Shown: piece by piece, positions 1 through 13,044 of the stretch | Layout of the letters: each line of letters starts with the position of its first letter | Numbering within the stretch: the first letter of the stretch is position 1 | Assembly: GCF_006345805.1 (NCBI RefSeq) | Contig: NC_043005.1 | Span: 55,304,001 to 55,368,000, forward strand | Source of the DNA: Octopus sinensis | Lineage: Eukaryota | Direction of reading: 5' to 3' | DNA: 64,000 bases | Translations under genes and position numbers: made by a program | The notes under the pieces: generated by a model | Told to the model about the DNA's origin: nothing | Databases searched by the model: none | Seen by the model: the letters and a program-made list of their open reading frames with translations, nothing else

Positions 1-15
1 CAAGAGAAATATTAA

Positions 16-237
16 CCCTTTCATTACCAACCCGCTCTGAAACCGGCTCCGGTTCTGAGTACAAATGTCTTGTTTTCAACAGTTCTGCATTAAAATCTTC
101 CACCAAACCTTAGTCACAATTTATGTTCCTAACACTAGCTCAATGATAAACAATGTTGTTTTACTAAATTCTTTGTTATATTTAAAGTAATTGAAAGAAA
201 AACAGAGCATCTCAAAATAAATACAGTAACGGAAGGG
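16..237. mobile_element. piggyBac-type MITE (non-autonomous)
   Basis: TTAA on both sides (12-15, 238-241). Terminal inverted repeats CCCTTTCATTAC / CCCTTCCGTTAC. No ORF. Confidence 0.75.
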
Positions 238-385
238 TTAAAATGCCTGATGTCAAATAAACCAGCAACGCCAAATAGGATGATGCCAAAATGTCTCATA
301 CCCATTATTCAAACAATGGTAGTACACTTGTTCAAGAAACAACTGGTTCTCATCTCTTTGAAGGAGATTAGATGGAATATTTTAC

Positions 386-524
386 CTATTGAAATGGTAA
401 TCATTAACTCTTAATAGGCTTTCACAGAAATCCTTTTTATCTGCACGAACATTAGCTTTTTCTTCCAAAGTGTTTTTGTTTTCCTTTTTCCTTTTTAAAT
501 CTCTGACACTGATCGATATTTTTC
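386..524 (-). CDS. Candidate internal coding exon of an unidentified host gene (KISISVRDLKRKKENKNTLEEKANVRADKKDFCESLLRVNDYHFN)
   Basis: Polypyrimidine tract plus CAG acceptor (ttttttcctttagcctttctgatacag) and AG|GTAAAA donor. 139 nt open frame in non-repetitive sequence, phase 1 to phase 2. Protein not recognised. Confidence 0.55.
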
Positions 525-690
525 CTGTATCAGAAAGGCTAAAGGAAAAAACCAATTGATACATTTGTTCAATATATTACTGGTATTTATACACCCTGTT
601 AAAAGGGGAACGAAACTGGTTTTTGTGACTTTCTAAAGGTTATTTAGAAAGTGATGGAAGGAAGCCAAGCAAGCTACAAAAAAAAAATTA

Positions 691-848
691 TGCAGGCGTG
701 GCTGTATAGTAAGATATTTGCTTCGCATCCACATGGTTCTGGGTTCAGTTCCACTGTGTGGCACCTTGGACAAGTGTGCTCTACTATAGTCATGAGCTGA
801 CCAAAGCCTTGTGAGTGAATTTGGCAGACAGAAACTGGAGGAAGCTCT
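691..848 (+). mobile_element. SINE family S1 (tRNA-like head), 5' part
   Basis: Matches the head of the full copies at 53534 and 39687 (gtggctgt..gtaag / ggttctgggttcagtcccact / gcaccttgggcaagtg). Confidence 0.8.
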
Positions 849-870
849 TCATAAATATATATATTTCAAT

Positions 871-1080
871 ATGTGACCACATGTATATCATTGGCGATTT
901 TTTTCCTCCATCATCCCTTCCTTGGATCTTTCCTTTTTCTATATTTCTGACAAAGAGCTCTGCTCGAAACGTTAAATCCTCCTCCTTTCTTTACTCTCCT
1001 GAGTGTCCAATAACACTATACTTGTTCCACATCCTCGCGTTGTTGTGTTTTCTATTTGTGTTTTCATATTTGGATTAACT
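871..1080 (+). mobile_element. ~210-bp HHR-carrying non-autonomous unit (Penelope-like/retrozyme-like), family H1
   Basis: Same start and end as the copy at 31860-32066. Both copies are flanked by (TA)n. Confidence 0.7.
943..977 (+). ncRNA. Minimal type I hammerhead motif with G8A core change
   Basis: AUUU-CUGACAA-A-GAGC(UCU)GCUC-GAAA-CG-UU-AAAU. Stem I AUUU/AAAU. Confidence 0.6.
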
Positions 1081-1157
1081 ATATATATATATACATATAC
1101 ACAAAGGGCTTCTTTCAGTTTCCATGCACCAAATCCACCCACAAGATTTTAGTTATA

Positions 1158-1555
1158 TCTTTATATATAAAAGTAAGGTTGTGTGTCTGTCTCCTACGAT
1201 TTAGATTCCTAACTACTCCCACATTTTGCGGTGCAGTTTAACCAAAACCGGGTATCTTATAGGCGTGATTCATATCAAGCCCTTCTGGGTATGAGCGTGC
1301 GTCTACGATGAGTCTACGATTTTAAAAATAATTTACCATCATTTTTTTCCATTTTAATGCATTTTTTTGCTATTATATAAGGGAAGTAACTCTCTAAAAA
1401 TGTCTACGATGAGTCAACGATTTAAAAAAAAAATTACCATCATTTATTTTCCATTTTTAATGCATTTTTTTGCTATTTTTTGGCTATAACTCTCTAAAAA
1501 TGCTTATATAGTTATTTCCCTTACAAACCCGAGCAACACCGGGCGATACTGCTAG
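1158..1555 (+). mobile_element. Non-autonomous Helitron
   Basis: 5' TC, 3' CTAG, inserted between A and T. Subterminal hairpin CCCG-agcaacac-CGGG (1528-1543). Internal ~95-bp duplication. Second copy at 53033-53413. Confidence 0.8.
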
Positions 1556-1569
1556 TATATATATATATT

Positions 1570-1928
1570 GACTCCATCAGTCATGAATGACCATGGGTGC
1601 ACCTAAGAGGTTCCCCTATGGGGTACAAGTCTGAGCAGAAAGTATCCTCACCAGCAAACACACAACCTAGGGTTGTTTTTATGGAAGACCAGCAGTTGCC
1701 CATGCATACCAGCCTCTCCTCACCATGCCACCGATGTTATCCAAGGTAAAGGCAATGGCCAACACAGTTTGAAACCAGTTACATCACAACGTATTTCTAC
1801 AGCTGAATGAACTAGAGCAACATGAAATAAAGTGTCTTGCTCAAGAACACAACATGCAGCCTGATCCAGGAATTGAACTTACAACTGCATGATCGTAAGC
1901 TTGACACTCTAACCACTGAGCCATGTGC
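1570..1928 (-). mobile_element. SINE family S3 (tRNA head with A/B-box-like motifs)
   Basis: Homologous to 38407-38737, 55365-55702 and 13045-13290. Confidence 0.75.
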
Positions 1929-1989
1929 TTTCACACACACACATACACTTATATACTGAACTTCTCTAATGAAAGTCAATATTGCACTT

Positions 1990-2400
1990 CTGTGGCAGAT
2001 GGCAGGGCTAGGATTTGGAGAAGAAGGGGTGAACATCATGCCAATAGCTGTGTGGTAGAGGGAAACTCATGGGGAGGACAGAACATCATGGTATGAGGCG
2101 GGGTTGCGCTCAACCAGAAACTCGAACCGGTGGTCTTCCAAAACATCAGCCAAGACTGGGGCAATAGAGAAACCACTGCTCACCACATGGACCAAGTGTT
2201 GAGGCCTCACATTGTGCAATACATTGCCCATCATCGGTATTACATGTTCCAACATGACAAAGTCCGTGCTCATATTGCCAGGTTGACAACAGACTTCCTC
2301 CAACAGCACAAGTGTATGGACACTTACAAGGCTTACCCTAAGTCCAGACTTGAACCCAATAGAGCACTTGTAGGACAACTGCAGCACAACTCACTGCAAG
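1990..2400 (+). pseudogene. Tc1-like (DD34E-type) transposase relic
   Basis: Translates to DGRARIWRRRGEH..GGQNIMV*GG..VLRPHIV..FQHDKVRAH.. and, after a frameshift, SPDLNPIEHL*. Contains stops and frameshifts. Confidence 0.8.
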
Positions 2401-2679
2401 TTTTAAAAGAGTCTGGGCTGCTTTCCCCATGGCCTTCATCAGTCAGCTGGCTTAATCAATGCTAATGGTGGTCACATGAGATACTGAGTTCATCTCTTTG
2501 GATCCAGGACACTCTGTCATCACGTGACAATATGTGATGTCAAACATGGTTCAGGAAATGACGTTTTATCATTAGGAAAGAACAGTTTCTTAATTAACAC
2601 TCTTCAATCAATGCTATGGCAGACTGTTAATAAACCAGTTTCTGATCAGTATGTGTGAGATATTTTTTTTGTGGTTCAT

Positions 2680-2750
<71 letters not shown>

Positions 2751-3804
2751 TATATCTGTCTTCGTTTGTCTGTTTAGCAAAAGAGACCAACAGAATAAGA
2801 ACCAGTCTCAAAAAGAGAAAATAAGTCCTGGGGGCAATTCATTTGACTAACATTTCTTCAAGGTAGTGCTCCAGCATGGCCGTAGTCCAATGACTGAAAC
2901 GAATAAAGGACAAAAGATAAAAGATCTCACATGAAAATTTTCACTTCGTGTTTGTCTGATTGTTATATATTACCAAAGTTAAATATAAGTTGAGGACATC
3001 TCTCTCTAAAAACACCATAAGTCAATGTATAAATATGTAGTATAGACATTTAAATATCATTGCTATTTTTCCATGTCCTCCTGCATTTCACAAGGAATTT
3101 TTGGTCCTCCAAAATTTTCTTGGTGTATAAGACTGTCTACCATTTTTGGTTGTAAAGTTTGGTCTGAAAAATTTGATTTGTATGCCAGAAAATATGGCTG
3201 AGAAGTTCCAGTTTCATAACCCAATGGATTATAGAGACTATAGTGAAATACAAAGCTTCTTCTGCAGTAGCTAAGGTAGATAATTAGATAAGGTAAGTAG
3301 ATCACCTGGTGATCTTTCTACCTTATCTAATTTATCTAATTATCTATCTTATCTAATTAGGGCAGGTAAATCTGGAGAAAGTTATCTATATGCAACAAGT
3401 ATGTGTATGAGAAATTATCTAACTGGAGTAGGTAAGTGTATGTGTGTATGGGTGAGGTGTCTTACTGTGACAAGCAAGTGTGATGGAGGTTGCTTATCTA
3501 GAGCAGGAACATGTAAAGGTAGGAGTTGGTGAGTGTTACCTACAAGGCCAGGTAAGTATAGTAGAGCTACGTAGATAGAATTGTTTTTATGTTGATCTAC
3601 ATCAGTTCTGATTGAACAATCACATGACAACTTGCTGGTAATCAGCATAATGGCTAAATGTGATATGGAATTCTTAGTTGTGCAATGGCTTTATGAATCT
3701 CAGAACCATACTGGATATTGCTCTGGTGAATGGTATCAGCTGCAGTAGAAGATTCTGGAAAATAAGATTTGGCAGATAGAAACTGGGCTAAATATATATG
3801 TATA

Positions 3805-4163
<359 letters not shown>

Positions 4164-4375
4164 ATATGTATATACATATATATATATATATATATACATA
4201 CACACACATACACATAATTACAATTAGGGTTCAGCTAACTGCTTCACCACATACCAAAATTAGAAATAGGAGTTAAAAATTCCTTTTCTGTTACTATAAG
4301 AATCTCCATGATGGTAAACATACTTTTTTACGAAGGCAAAGAGAAAAAAACAATGAATCAACACGACCAGGATTA

Positions 4376-4438
4376 ATTATATACGCGTTTCAAGATTAAA
4401 GTAATTTGAATTTTACTTACTTCTCTCTTCGGTATAAT
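4376..4438 (-). ncRNA. Type I hammerhead motif with U4C core change and extended stem II
   Basis: AUUAUA-CCGAAGA-GAGA..UCUU-GAAA-C-GC-GUA-UAUAAU. Perfect 6-bp stem I and palindromic ACGCGU stem III. Confidence 0.65.
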
Positions 4439-4554
4439 ATTTCCAATAGAAATTATTCAGAATGATATTTCCAATTTTTATAAAATTTGAAAGTGCTGTC
4501 GCTGAATATGCACACAATTAAGCGTCATCATGTAACAGATATTCAACCAATATT

Positions 4555-4680
4555 TCCAGTGGTGATCAATACCGTTCTAGTTTTGATGTCCAGGCTGTGG
4601 ATTTCATCAAGAGTCCAGTGCAATATCCCAAATGTTGGTACTAGCACTAACACTACATAAGCATTGTGAGATAAGGTCTT
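4555..4680 (-). pseudogene. Fragment of non-LTR retrotransposon ORF (RLE-bearing group), region C-terminal to RT
   Basis: VPTFGILHWTLDEIHSLDIKTRTVLITTG resembles the W..E...LD.KTR..L motif of these elements. Same group as 35265-36240. Confidence 0.55.
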
Positions 4681-4734
4681 GTTAAATGCAATCTACTCAG
4701 AGTTCTATATTTGCCAAGATCTACAGAAGCATTC

Positions 4735-4890
4735 CATTATTTCATTTTGCATTTGTTTTCCATGCTGGCATGGGTTAGATGGTTTCCCTGAAGCCAGTAA
4801 ACTAGGAAGCTGCGCCAGGTTCCAATCTGATTTGACATGGTTTCTATTGCTGGATGCCTTTTCTAATGCCAACTTCTTTCTGTTATTCTG
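4735..4890 (-). mobile_element. Family S4: short retroposon sharing the RTE 3' tail
   Basis: catgctggcatgggtt..ggatgcctt matches the reverse complement of 21490-21620. Confidence 0.65.
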
Positions 4891-4951
4891 GCTTTAGTCA
4901 CAGCACCAAAATATTCAACATTCTCACTGATGTGTGTGTGCATGCACACAT

Positions 4952-4991
<40 letters not shown>

Positions 4992-5879
4992 GTGTACCTC
5001 TGTGGAGTATAAGAAGGGCATAACTTAACTCAATCTCAGTAAAATATGTAGAACTAGGCAACAACAATTAAAGTACTTTTAGTGATGAAGTGAGACCAGG
5101 AAAGCAGAGTGTTTTACATCAAGTGTTTACTCAGAAAGTATAACAAAACAAATATAAGCAAATATATGTCACCAATGGGTTAGTAAAATAAGATATAAAA
5201 GAATACTTTTGATCAGGCCTCAACTAAAAATAATTTCTAAGGGCATTGAAGAGTGTTTAGCTATGCTCAACTGCTAAAACAGGGAAGATTTCAGGGATAA
5301 ATACTGTACAACAAGATGATAGAGACATAAATGGAAGTGACTCAAATGGCATGAGAATGTGCAGGAAGTTAATGTGAAGAGATAAGTAAATATAGAGAAA
5401 TTTCTTTTGATCAGGAGAAAAGCTGGCAATGCAAATATTTAAGTAAAAAAAAAAACAAGGCAGAATGATGAGACAAAATGGGAAGTTAGAGAGGAGTGAA
5501 CTGCGATTTTTAGATCATAAAGAAGACATCAGCAGTCCATCAAAACAAAGAGGAAGACAAACATGTGTGTGTGTGTGTGGGGGGGGGTGTAATTCAGTAA
5601 TATGTATGTGCGTGAGTATCAGTGGTGGCTTGTAGATAAAATTAGTGGTGGTGCTGCTTCAGAAAATTTTTAGCTGTTGTTTTAATATTGTGTAAAAGGA
5701 AACAAACACATAAAAAGAACATTTATACGTAAACTTGATCGGTTCACATTTTAGCCACTGCCAGGTAGTGTGTTTAATTTGATCACAGGACACCGCTGTG
5801 AATTCCCTCTTGTTTTTCAAAAACCCCACCTAAATCACAAAATAAGTGAGGACTACACTACACCTAATTTTCTCCCCTC

Positions 5880-6024
5880 CATACACACACAAGCATGTGT
5901 CTGACTCATACACTGTTCACTTTCCAGACATTTGTACGTTACTGCATATGCTTTATACACACTTTTGACAAGTTGTGGCGCACCTGAGCACTGTATACAA
6001 TAATTTCATTATTATTATTATTAT
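5880..6024 (+). mobile_element. Probable 3' end of a LINE/SINE with (ATT)n tail
   Basis: gcacctgagcactgtatacaataatttcattattattatt. Classification is from recall and is weak. Confidence 0.35.
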
Positions 6025-6699
6025 TTAAAAGTGCCCTATTTTTCAAATCCTGGCAGCAACACTGAAGCTAGAAGTAGGATAATAATCTAATTCTACACTT
6101 TATCACATTCAAGAATATAAACACGTTTTTAAGCACAGCACAGGTGGAGTCGAAAAGAAACACTACTTTTCACCAGCACAATGGGGATGGCACTGCATGA
6201 GCAAGAGTGCTCTCTCTCCCTAGCTCATTCTCCCATTTCATAGCTGGCCATGACAAACTCTAGCCACATCCTGGCTGTGTTCTTGGGACATTGCTTTGTT
6301 TTGTAAAAATTACTTCCCATCTGATAGATACAGTCTTTATGATGTTGTAATGTTCTCATTCTTCTATTAAAAGGTTGTATAAGAAACAGCTGACAATTAT
6401 CCATCGTTCATTGTTATTATTCATTTGATTATAATACAAGGGATCTTACAACTTGTCAGACACCCTAAAGTATACTAACAACATACTGTTCAAAGTAACG
6501 TGCGATTTGGACCAGCCCCGCTAGGTCCGAAATACTCATAGGGTTAGTTTATTCTATATACGCAACAGAAATCTCCTACCTGATATTTCGACTCACACCA
6601 ACCATAGGCCTGAACCACAGAGATCACTCAACCCTACCTGGTGCATACCTTTTCAAGTACCTGATTCTATCTGAATCCTCATCTTATTCTTTATATATA

Positions 6700-6731
<32 letters not shown>

Positions 6732-6914
6732 TACACATATATATATATAATTGAATAATATAATATATATATATATATGTAGATATATATATATATAATA
6801 TAATATATATATATTATATAATATAATATATATATATATATAATATTATATATATATAACATTATTGGTGAATTGAAGAAATGGAGCTGAACGCAGATTG
6901 AACAGAAATCGTTT

Positions 6915-7005
6915 ATTTCATTCTACACGTGTTTCGAAAGGCACAAATTACCAAAATCCGATTGAATAATGGGACCATATTGTGTCTTCTCTTCAGGAAG
7001 AAAAT
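6915..7005 (-). ncRNA. Type I hammerhead ribozyme, intact core
   Basis: AUUUUCUUC-CUGAAGA-[long stem II]-GAAA-C-ACGU-GUA-GAAUGAAAU. Stem I has 8 of 9 positions paired. Confidence 0.75.
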
Positions 7006-7172
7006 GGAAATCCGTTGGAAAAACAAAAACGACAGAGCAGAGCAAAAACAAATCGAACTATGCTCTAAGAGCCCATCGAAACGTTTTGATAGTTCGCCAT
7101 GGGCTCTTAGGAGCATAGTTCGATTTGTTTGCTTTCCGCCTCTGTTCTGTTTTTTTTTCCAACGGATTTCCT

Positions 7173-7265
7173 ATTTTCTTCCTGAAGAGAAAGACACATA
7201 TGGTCCCATTATTCAATCGGATTTTGGTAATTTGTGCCTTTCGAAACACGTGTAGTGAATGAAAT
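7173..7265 (+). ncRNA. Type I hammerhead ribozyme, intact core
   Basis: CUGAAGA 7182-7188. Stem II GAAAGACACA/UGUGCCUUUC. GAAA 7243-7246, C-ACGU-GUA. A 2-nt insertion weakens stem I. Confidence 0.7.
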
Positions 7266-7504
7266 AAAACGATTCTGTTCAATCTGCGTTCAGCTCCATT
7301 TCTTCAATTCACCAATAATGTTTTAATTTCAATTATCCGCACCAACGCACGGTGCAACACCATATGGTTGTACCTCCAACCATGCTGTTTACTGCTGTGA
7401 TTTTTGCTACTAAGGTATCGGTTAAACTTTTGATTAATCTACTACAAGATTATTCATCTTTCTATTTCACATAATATATATATATATATATATATATATA
7501 CATT

Positions 7505-7734
7505 ATGTTATAATCTAGGATATTATTATAACTTACAGGGAAAAATTCAAGGAAATACTAATCAAATTTCACAAAATATATATAATATATATATATATAT
7601 AATATATATATATATATTATATATATATATATTATTATATATATATATTATATTATATTTTGTGAAATTGATTTAGTATTTCTAAATTGAACTTTTCCCT
7701 GTAAGTTTGGAATAATATTCCTCAGTTATAACAT
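7505..7734. repeat. Inverted repeat with ~75-bp arms around a (TA)n core
   Basis: tgttataa..acttacagggaaaa..tttcacaaaata mirrored on the right. Confidence 0.8.
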
Positions 7735-7821
7735 ATATATGTATCTATATATATTATATATATATTATATATATATATATATATATATGTTAGAACAATG
7801 TATCTCAAGGCAAATAATTGC

Positions 7822-8027
7822 TTCTACTATAGGCACAATGCCTGGAATTTTGAAGGAAGGGTCTAAGGTCAATTACATTGACCACTGTGTGTAACTGGTA
7901 CTTAATTTATTGACCCTGGAAGAATGAAAGGTGAAGTCGGCATCGACAGAATCTAATCTCGGGACATAAAGATGGACAAAATGCATATGGCATTTTGTGC
8001 AGTGTGCTAACGGTTCTGGCAGCTTGC
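7822..8027 (-). mobile_element. SINE family S2, diverged
   Basis: Reverse-complement homology to 29916-30148. Confidence 0.65.
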
Positions 8028-8981
8028 CCTACCTCTCTCTCTTGCTCTCTCTCTCTATTTTTATACATATACATACATACATACATTCATACATACATAC
8101 ATACATACATATATACATACATACATACATGCATACATACATACATACATCCATCCATCCATCCATCCATACATACATACATATATCATCGTCCTTTATC
8201 ATCATTGTTGTTTAACGTCCACTTTCCATGCTGGCATGTGTTGGACATACATACATATTGGAATGATGTATCACAATGCAAATAATGCTGTAAATAATAG
8301 TGTGTAAATATTGGGTTAAAACGCCTTTAGATATAAAGAACCAAAGGGTGTTTGTGGGACATGAACCCACATGTGTAGACACAACAGGTGGTTCCTAACA
8401 TTCTGGGCTCATATTTCATTTCTTGTCAGAGGCCTCCTTTTATAGCAAGATATAGGATCTTCAGGAACTGACCAATGGTAATAAGCTTGCAATATCAGAT
8501 TCAGATGAAATGAGGGATTGATTGAGGCAATATTTCGGTCACATCCATCTACAAGAATAGGCTCTGCATTTAAATGAGATAAATGTTGGAACAAATGACA
8601 TTCGGCCAAAGTAATGCCATCTCCAGCTAACAACAGTCTTCTTTTTTGGTTTAAATTTTTTTTCTACTGGACTTGAAGGCAGATTGTAAATGAGAGGTAT
8701 CAATACCCTCTGTCAATAAGATATATTCATCATAATCTCAGCACAGCACACTTAAGTAAGTTTAAAATGGATTGATATGGTTCCTGCATTATACATCAAC
8801 TGTACAGAGTATATTGCTGGACATCAAAGTTGATATATGACAGTCCATAACTGTTAAAAGTAACAAAGTGACATCTCACATGGAGGAATTGAGGAAAATA
8901 ATTCTGTAAATGGAACTAGATAGATAGATAGATAAATAGAGAGAGAGAGAAAGAGAAAGATACACACACACACACACACAC

Positions 8982-9034
<53 letters not shown>

Positions 9035-9552
9035 ATGTATACATATATAAATATATATATACAAATATATATATATATATACACATACATACATATATAT
9101 TCATACACATATATATATAAATGCACACACACACACATATATACATACACATGCATATATACACACACATGCATACATATATATATGTTTATATTATATA
9201 TGAATATATGTATGTGTATATACATATATATATATAATAAGGAGGAAATTGGTATGTTATGAGACAGTAAGACTAGGTGTCTGTAACAAAGAACTATGAT
9301 GCCATATTTGAAAGGCCAGACATTATATATTATCAGCTGAAGGTACCTAATGAGTCACAGCAAGAATAGAATATTAGATGGCTGTTCTTGTTGTTTTTGT
9401 TGTTGTTGCAGTCTTTGTCGTCATTGATGTTGTTATTGTTGCTAACGTTGTTTATTACCATGTAGACCTGCCTATAATAAAAGGTGTTTCAACTATCATT
9501 ATCTTGTCTTAATTTCAGTGTATCTTGGGTTGCATTATTTTATGTATACTAA

Positions 9553-9768
9553 GGTGGAGAGCTGGCAGAATCGTTAACATGCCAGGCGGAATGCTTAGTG
9601 GTATTCCATCTACTGCTATGTTCTGAGTTCAAATTCTGCCGAGGTCAACTCTGCCTTTCATCCTTTCGGGGTCAATAAATTAGTACCTGTTGCATACTGG
9701 GGTTGATCTAAACGACTGGACCCCTCCCCAAAAGTTTCAGGCCTTTTGCCTAGAGCAGAAAAGATTAT
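9553..9768 (+). mobile_element. SINE family S2
   Basis: gagctggcagaatcgtt..gagttcaaattc..ggggtc matches the other S2 copies. Confidence 0.8.
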
Positions 9769-9957
9769 TTTATGTATCCTATTTTTTTTTTGATATCACT
9801 AAGTGACCTTGAGAAAGATTTAGCTACTATTTCTAACAAATTAGACTAATGTTACAGCTTTGAAGCAAATACATTGACTAGATTTATATACATGGGAAAC
9901 TATATTTACAAATGTGGAGAGTAAGTGTTTCATATATATATATTTATATATATACAC

Positions 9958-10325
9958 AGAGGCATGGCTCTGTGGTAAGAAGCTTGTTTCCCAACTACAT
10001 GGTTCTGGGTTCAGTCCCACTGTGTGGCACCTTGGGCAAGTGTCTTCTATTATAGCCTTGGACTGACCAAACCTTATGTGTGGATTTATATACATGGGAA
10101 GACATATTTACAAATGTAGAGAGTAAGTGTTTCATATATATATATTTATATATACAGAGGCACAGGTATGGCTGTGTGGTAAGAAGCTTGCTTCCCAACC
10201 ACATGGTTCTGGGTTCAGTCCCACGCGAGGCATCTTGGGCAAGTGTCTTCTATTATAGCCTTGGGCCGACCAAAGCCTTATGAGTGGATTTGGTTGATGG
10301 AAACTGAAAGAAACCTGTTGTGTAT
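9958..10325 (+). mobile_element. Two S1 heads within a local ~200-bp tandem duplication
   Basis: tttatatacatgggaa..gagagtaagtgtttcatata followed by an S1 head occurs at ~9883 and ~10084. Confidence 0.75.
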
Positions 10326-10437
10326 ATATATATAATATATTTCATCATGGTCATCTTCATCATTGTCATCATCATCGTCATCATTGTCATCGTCATCATC
10401 ATCCACTGTTGTTGTCATCATCATTGTCATCATCATT

Positions 10438-10479
<42 letters not shown>

Positions 10480-10692
10480 TATATGGCTGTGTGGTTGACA
10501 AATTTGCTTCTCAAACACATGGTTTCAGATTGGAAGCCACTGCACCATACTTCAGCAAGTGCCTTCTACTTTAGCCCCCAGGATGACCAAATTCTTGTGA
10601 GAGGATTTAGTAGATGGACACTGAGAAATACTAGTCATATACGGGAATGTATATACATATATATAATATATATATATATATATATACATATA

Positions 10693-11218
10693 CTGTAAAT
10701 CCTCGAGTATAATCTACATTTTTTTCCCCAAATTTAAAGGTCAAAATCCCTAGTGCCTACTGTATACGAGGTTAAAAATGAAAAATATTCTCTAAGCAAT
10801 GTCCAAGTCTCTATTTGCTGTCCGGCAATGTTTATTCAGATGCATTTTGTGATGTGATGTTGGGCGCGAAAATACCTTAAGCTAAGCCTGAAAGCAATGA
10901 AGTCATAAAAGAATCACCCAAAACTTGCAGTGAGCAACATTTATTAAAATAAAAGTATTCAGAACACAGAATAACATGTAACAAAACAATTTGCAAACAT
11001 GTTTATATTCCCATATAACAGTTAAGAACATCACCATTATTGTATTACGTATGTGCGGAAGTGTTTGTTCGACTAGGTGCTGCTGGCTTAATTACGCACG
11101 ACTCAAGTTAGAGAAGGGGTGCGTATTATACACAAGGTTTACGTTTTTCAGAGGTACAGCCCCCTAAAAATCCCCTGCGTATTATACTCAAGGATGGACT
11201 ATACTCAAGGTTTTACAG
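10693..11218. mobile_element. Tc1/mariner-superfamily MITE
   Basis: 22-bp TIR CTGTAAAWCCTYGAGTATARTC (19 of 22 match). Flanked by TA and TG. No ORF. Confidence 0.75.
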
Positions 11219-12243
11219 TGTATATTATATATATATATAAATATATATATATATATCTATATAGGTGTGTTTGCAAACAAAGACCTTTGTAGAAGCGGAA
11301 TCATTCCTTTCCAATGCTTCCTGACAAACATGTCTTGCTAAGAGAAAGCACCACCTTCTTTGGAAACCCATGAGGGCTGGTGACTGGGAGGGCATACGAC
11401 CATGGGAAATCTGTTTCAAAGAATTCTTTCTGGCTCATTTATAGAACAAAATAGTGAGGGCAAAAGTGACAATGATGCATACGTGGGTGTTATGTGTGTG
11501 TGAGTGTGGTGTGGTGTGTGTGTGTGTGAGTGAGTGCATGTGTGAGTGTTTGTGTGTGTGAGTGTGTGTGAGCATGTGTATGTAAGTATGTGTATGCATG
11601 TTTCTGTGTGGGCGTGTTTATGTGTATGCTTGTATCTGTGTGTTTGTGAGTGTGTGTCTGTATGTATGTATGTATGTGTGTGTGTGTGTGATACATCCAT
11701 ACAGCTTCCACCTACAAAAGTTTACACGCTAAGAAAGCGCACGCAAAGATGGAACCTGAAACCATTTAGTTACAATGTAAGTACCATGAAAGCACACATA
11801 TGACTGTCCCTCTCTCTTACACACACACAGATACACGCACATGTACAGACACACACAAGCTAACAGACACATAAACATGTACGCAACTTTAGTCTGTATA
11901 TAAGAGACAACACAAACGTCCAATACATTCATTTCAATTCTTGATAATGAGACTGTGAAGGTCTAGAAATGTTGAATATGGATTTAGAAACTCTAATGTT
12001 CCAAACCAACCATAAAAAGTTAAGAAGAATATACGGAAAAAATCTAAACCCAAAAAAGATAAAATTTGAACATAATCACATATTTGATGCAAAACACACA
12101 CACACACACACGTAGAAGAGAAAAACATATATATATATATATATATATATGTATACTTCCATGTATATATGTATATGTATACACGTGTGTATATATGTAT
12201 ACATATATATACAATATATATATATATATATGTATATATATAG

Positions 12244-12274
<31 letters not shown>

Positions 12275-13044
12275 ATATATATATATATATATGTATATAT
12301 ATATGTACGTACACACAGACACTCACACACACACATACATGCACACACACACACACATATACGGTATTTCATGAATAATGTGTCAGTTTCTGTCTGTCTG
12401 TCCATCTGTCTTTTTTGTATGGATGTGTGCATATATATATATACATGAAAGAGACAGACAGACAAGGAGACACACACCACACCACACCACACACATACAC
12501 ACATGCACACACACGCACACACATGCACACACACACACATTATTCATGAAATATTTTGTTTGTTACCGTTTCCGGTTGGTCATGTACACTGCATCCCCAC
12601 GCACATCTCTCACCTCTCACTGCCCAATACTTTTACACAAACCAACTTTTGGCACAGTTATTTGATCTTTGATGAACAACACAAGCCATCACTTCAAAGC
12701 ATTTTCTCAGATATTTATAAGATTTACTCTTTTAATGTTTTCTTCAAATTTCTTCCACAGTTCCTTTCACAATTATTGTTTTACAGTTTCAATAATTAAT
12801 TTTATCTTTGTCTTTCATATATCAAGTATTACATTTAATACATTTTTCCTGCTTTCTCTTCTTTATAACTGCTTCTTATACATTCTTAAACACTAAATCT
12901 CATACAAACACATACGATAAAAATCATTGCCTAATGACTTGGTATGTATTTATATGTAACATTTATTCAATCTCATTTTATTTGCTCTCTTCTCTGTCCC
13001 TTCCAATGACAGGTGTTGCTATAAATATATATATATATATATGT

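Larger units (their letters stand above)
6858..7475. mobile_element. Fold-back (palindromic) HHR cassette, Penelope-like terminal-repeat architecture
   Basis: Inverted repeat 6858-7322 with ~220-bp arms and a 22-nt centre, plus a ~150-bp right extension. (TA)n on both sides. Confidence 0.75.

Noticed and set aside
3063-3305. 80-aa minus-strand ORF with a plausible acceptor at ~3262
   Set aside because: No recognisable motif and no donor that gives a phase-compatible, stop-free join to the 386-524 exon. Left uncalled.
4411-4500. Strong GTAAGT donor on the minus strand suggesting an exon
   Set aside because: The motif lies inside stem II of the hammerhead at 4376-4438, so it is better explained as repeat sequence.
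6495-6547. GGACC/GGUCC stem followed by GAAA, resembling a hammerhead
   Set aside because: The upstream core (GCGAUUU) does not resemble CUGANGA. At best it is a heavily decayed relic.
8409-8860. Protein-like minus-strand frames in unique sequence
   Set aside because: No consistent splice sites, frames close quickly, and no known motif.
11225-11419. GFQRRWCFLL resembling a PH-domain strand
   Set aside because: The flanking PH motifs are missing and the donor is weak, so it is likely coincidence.
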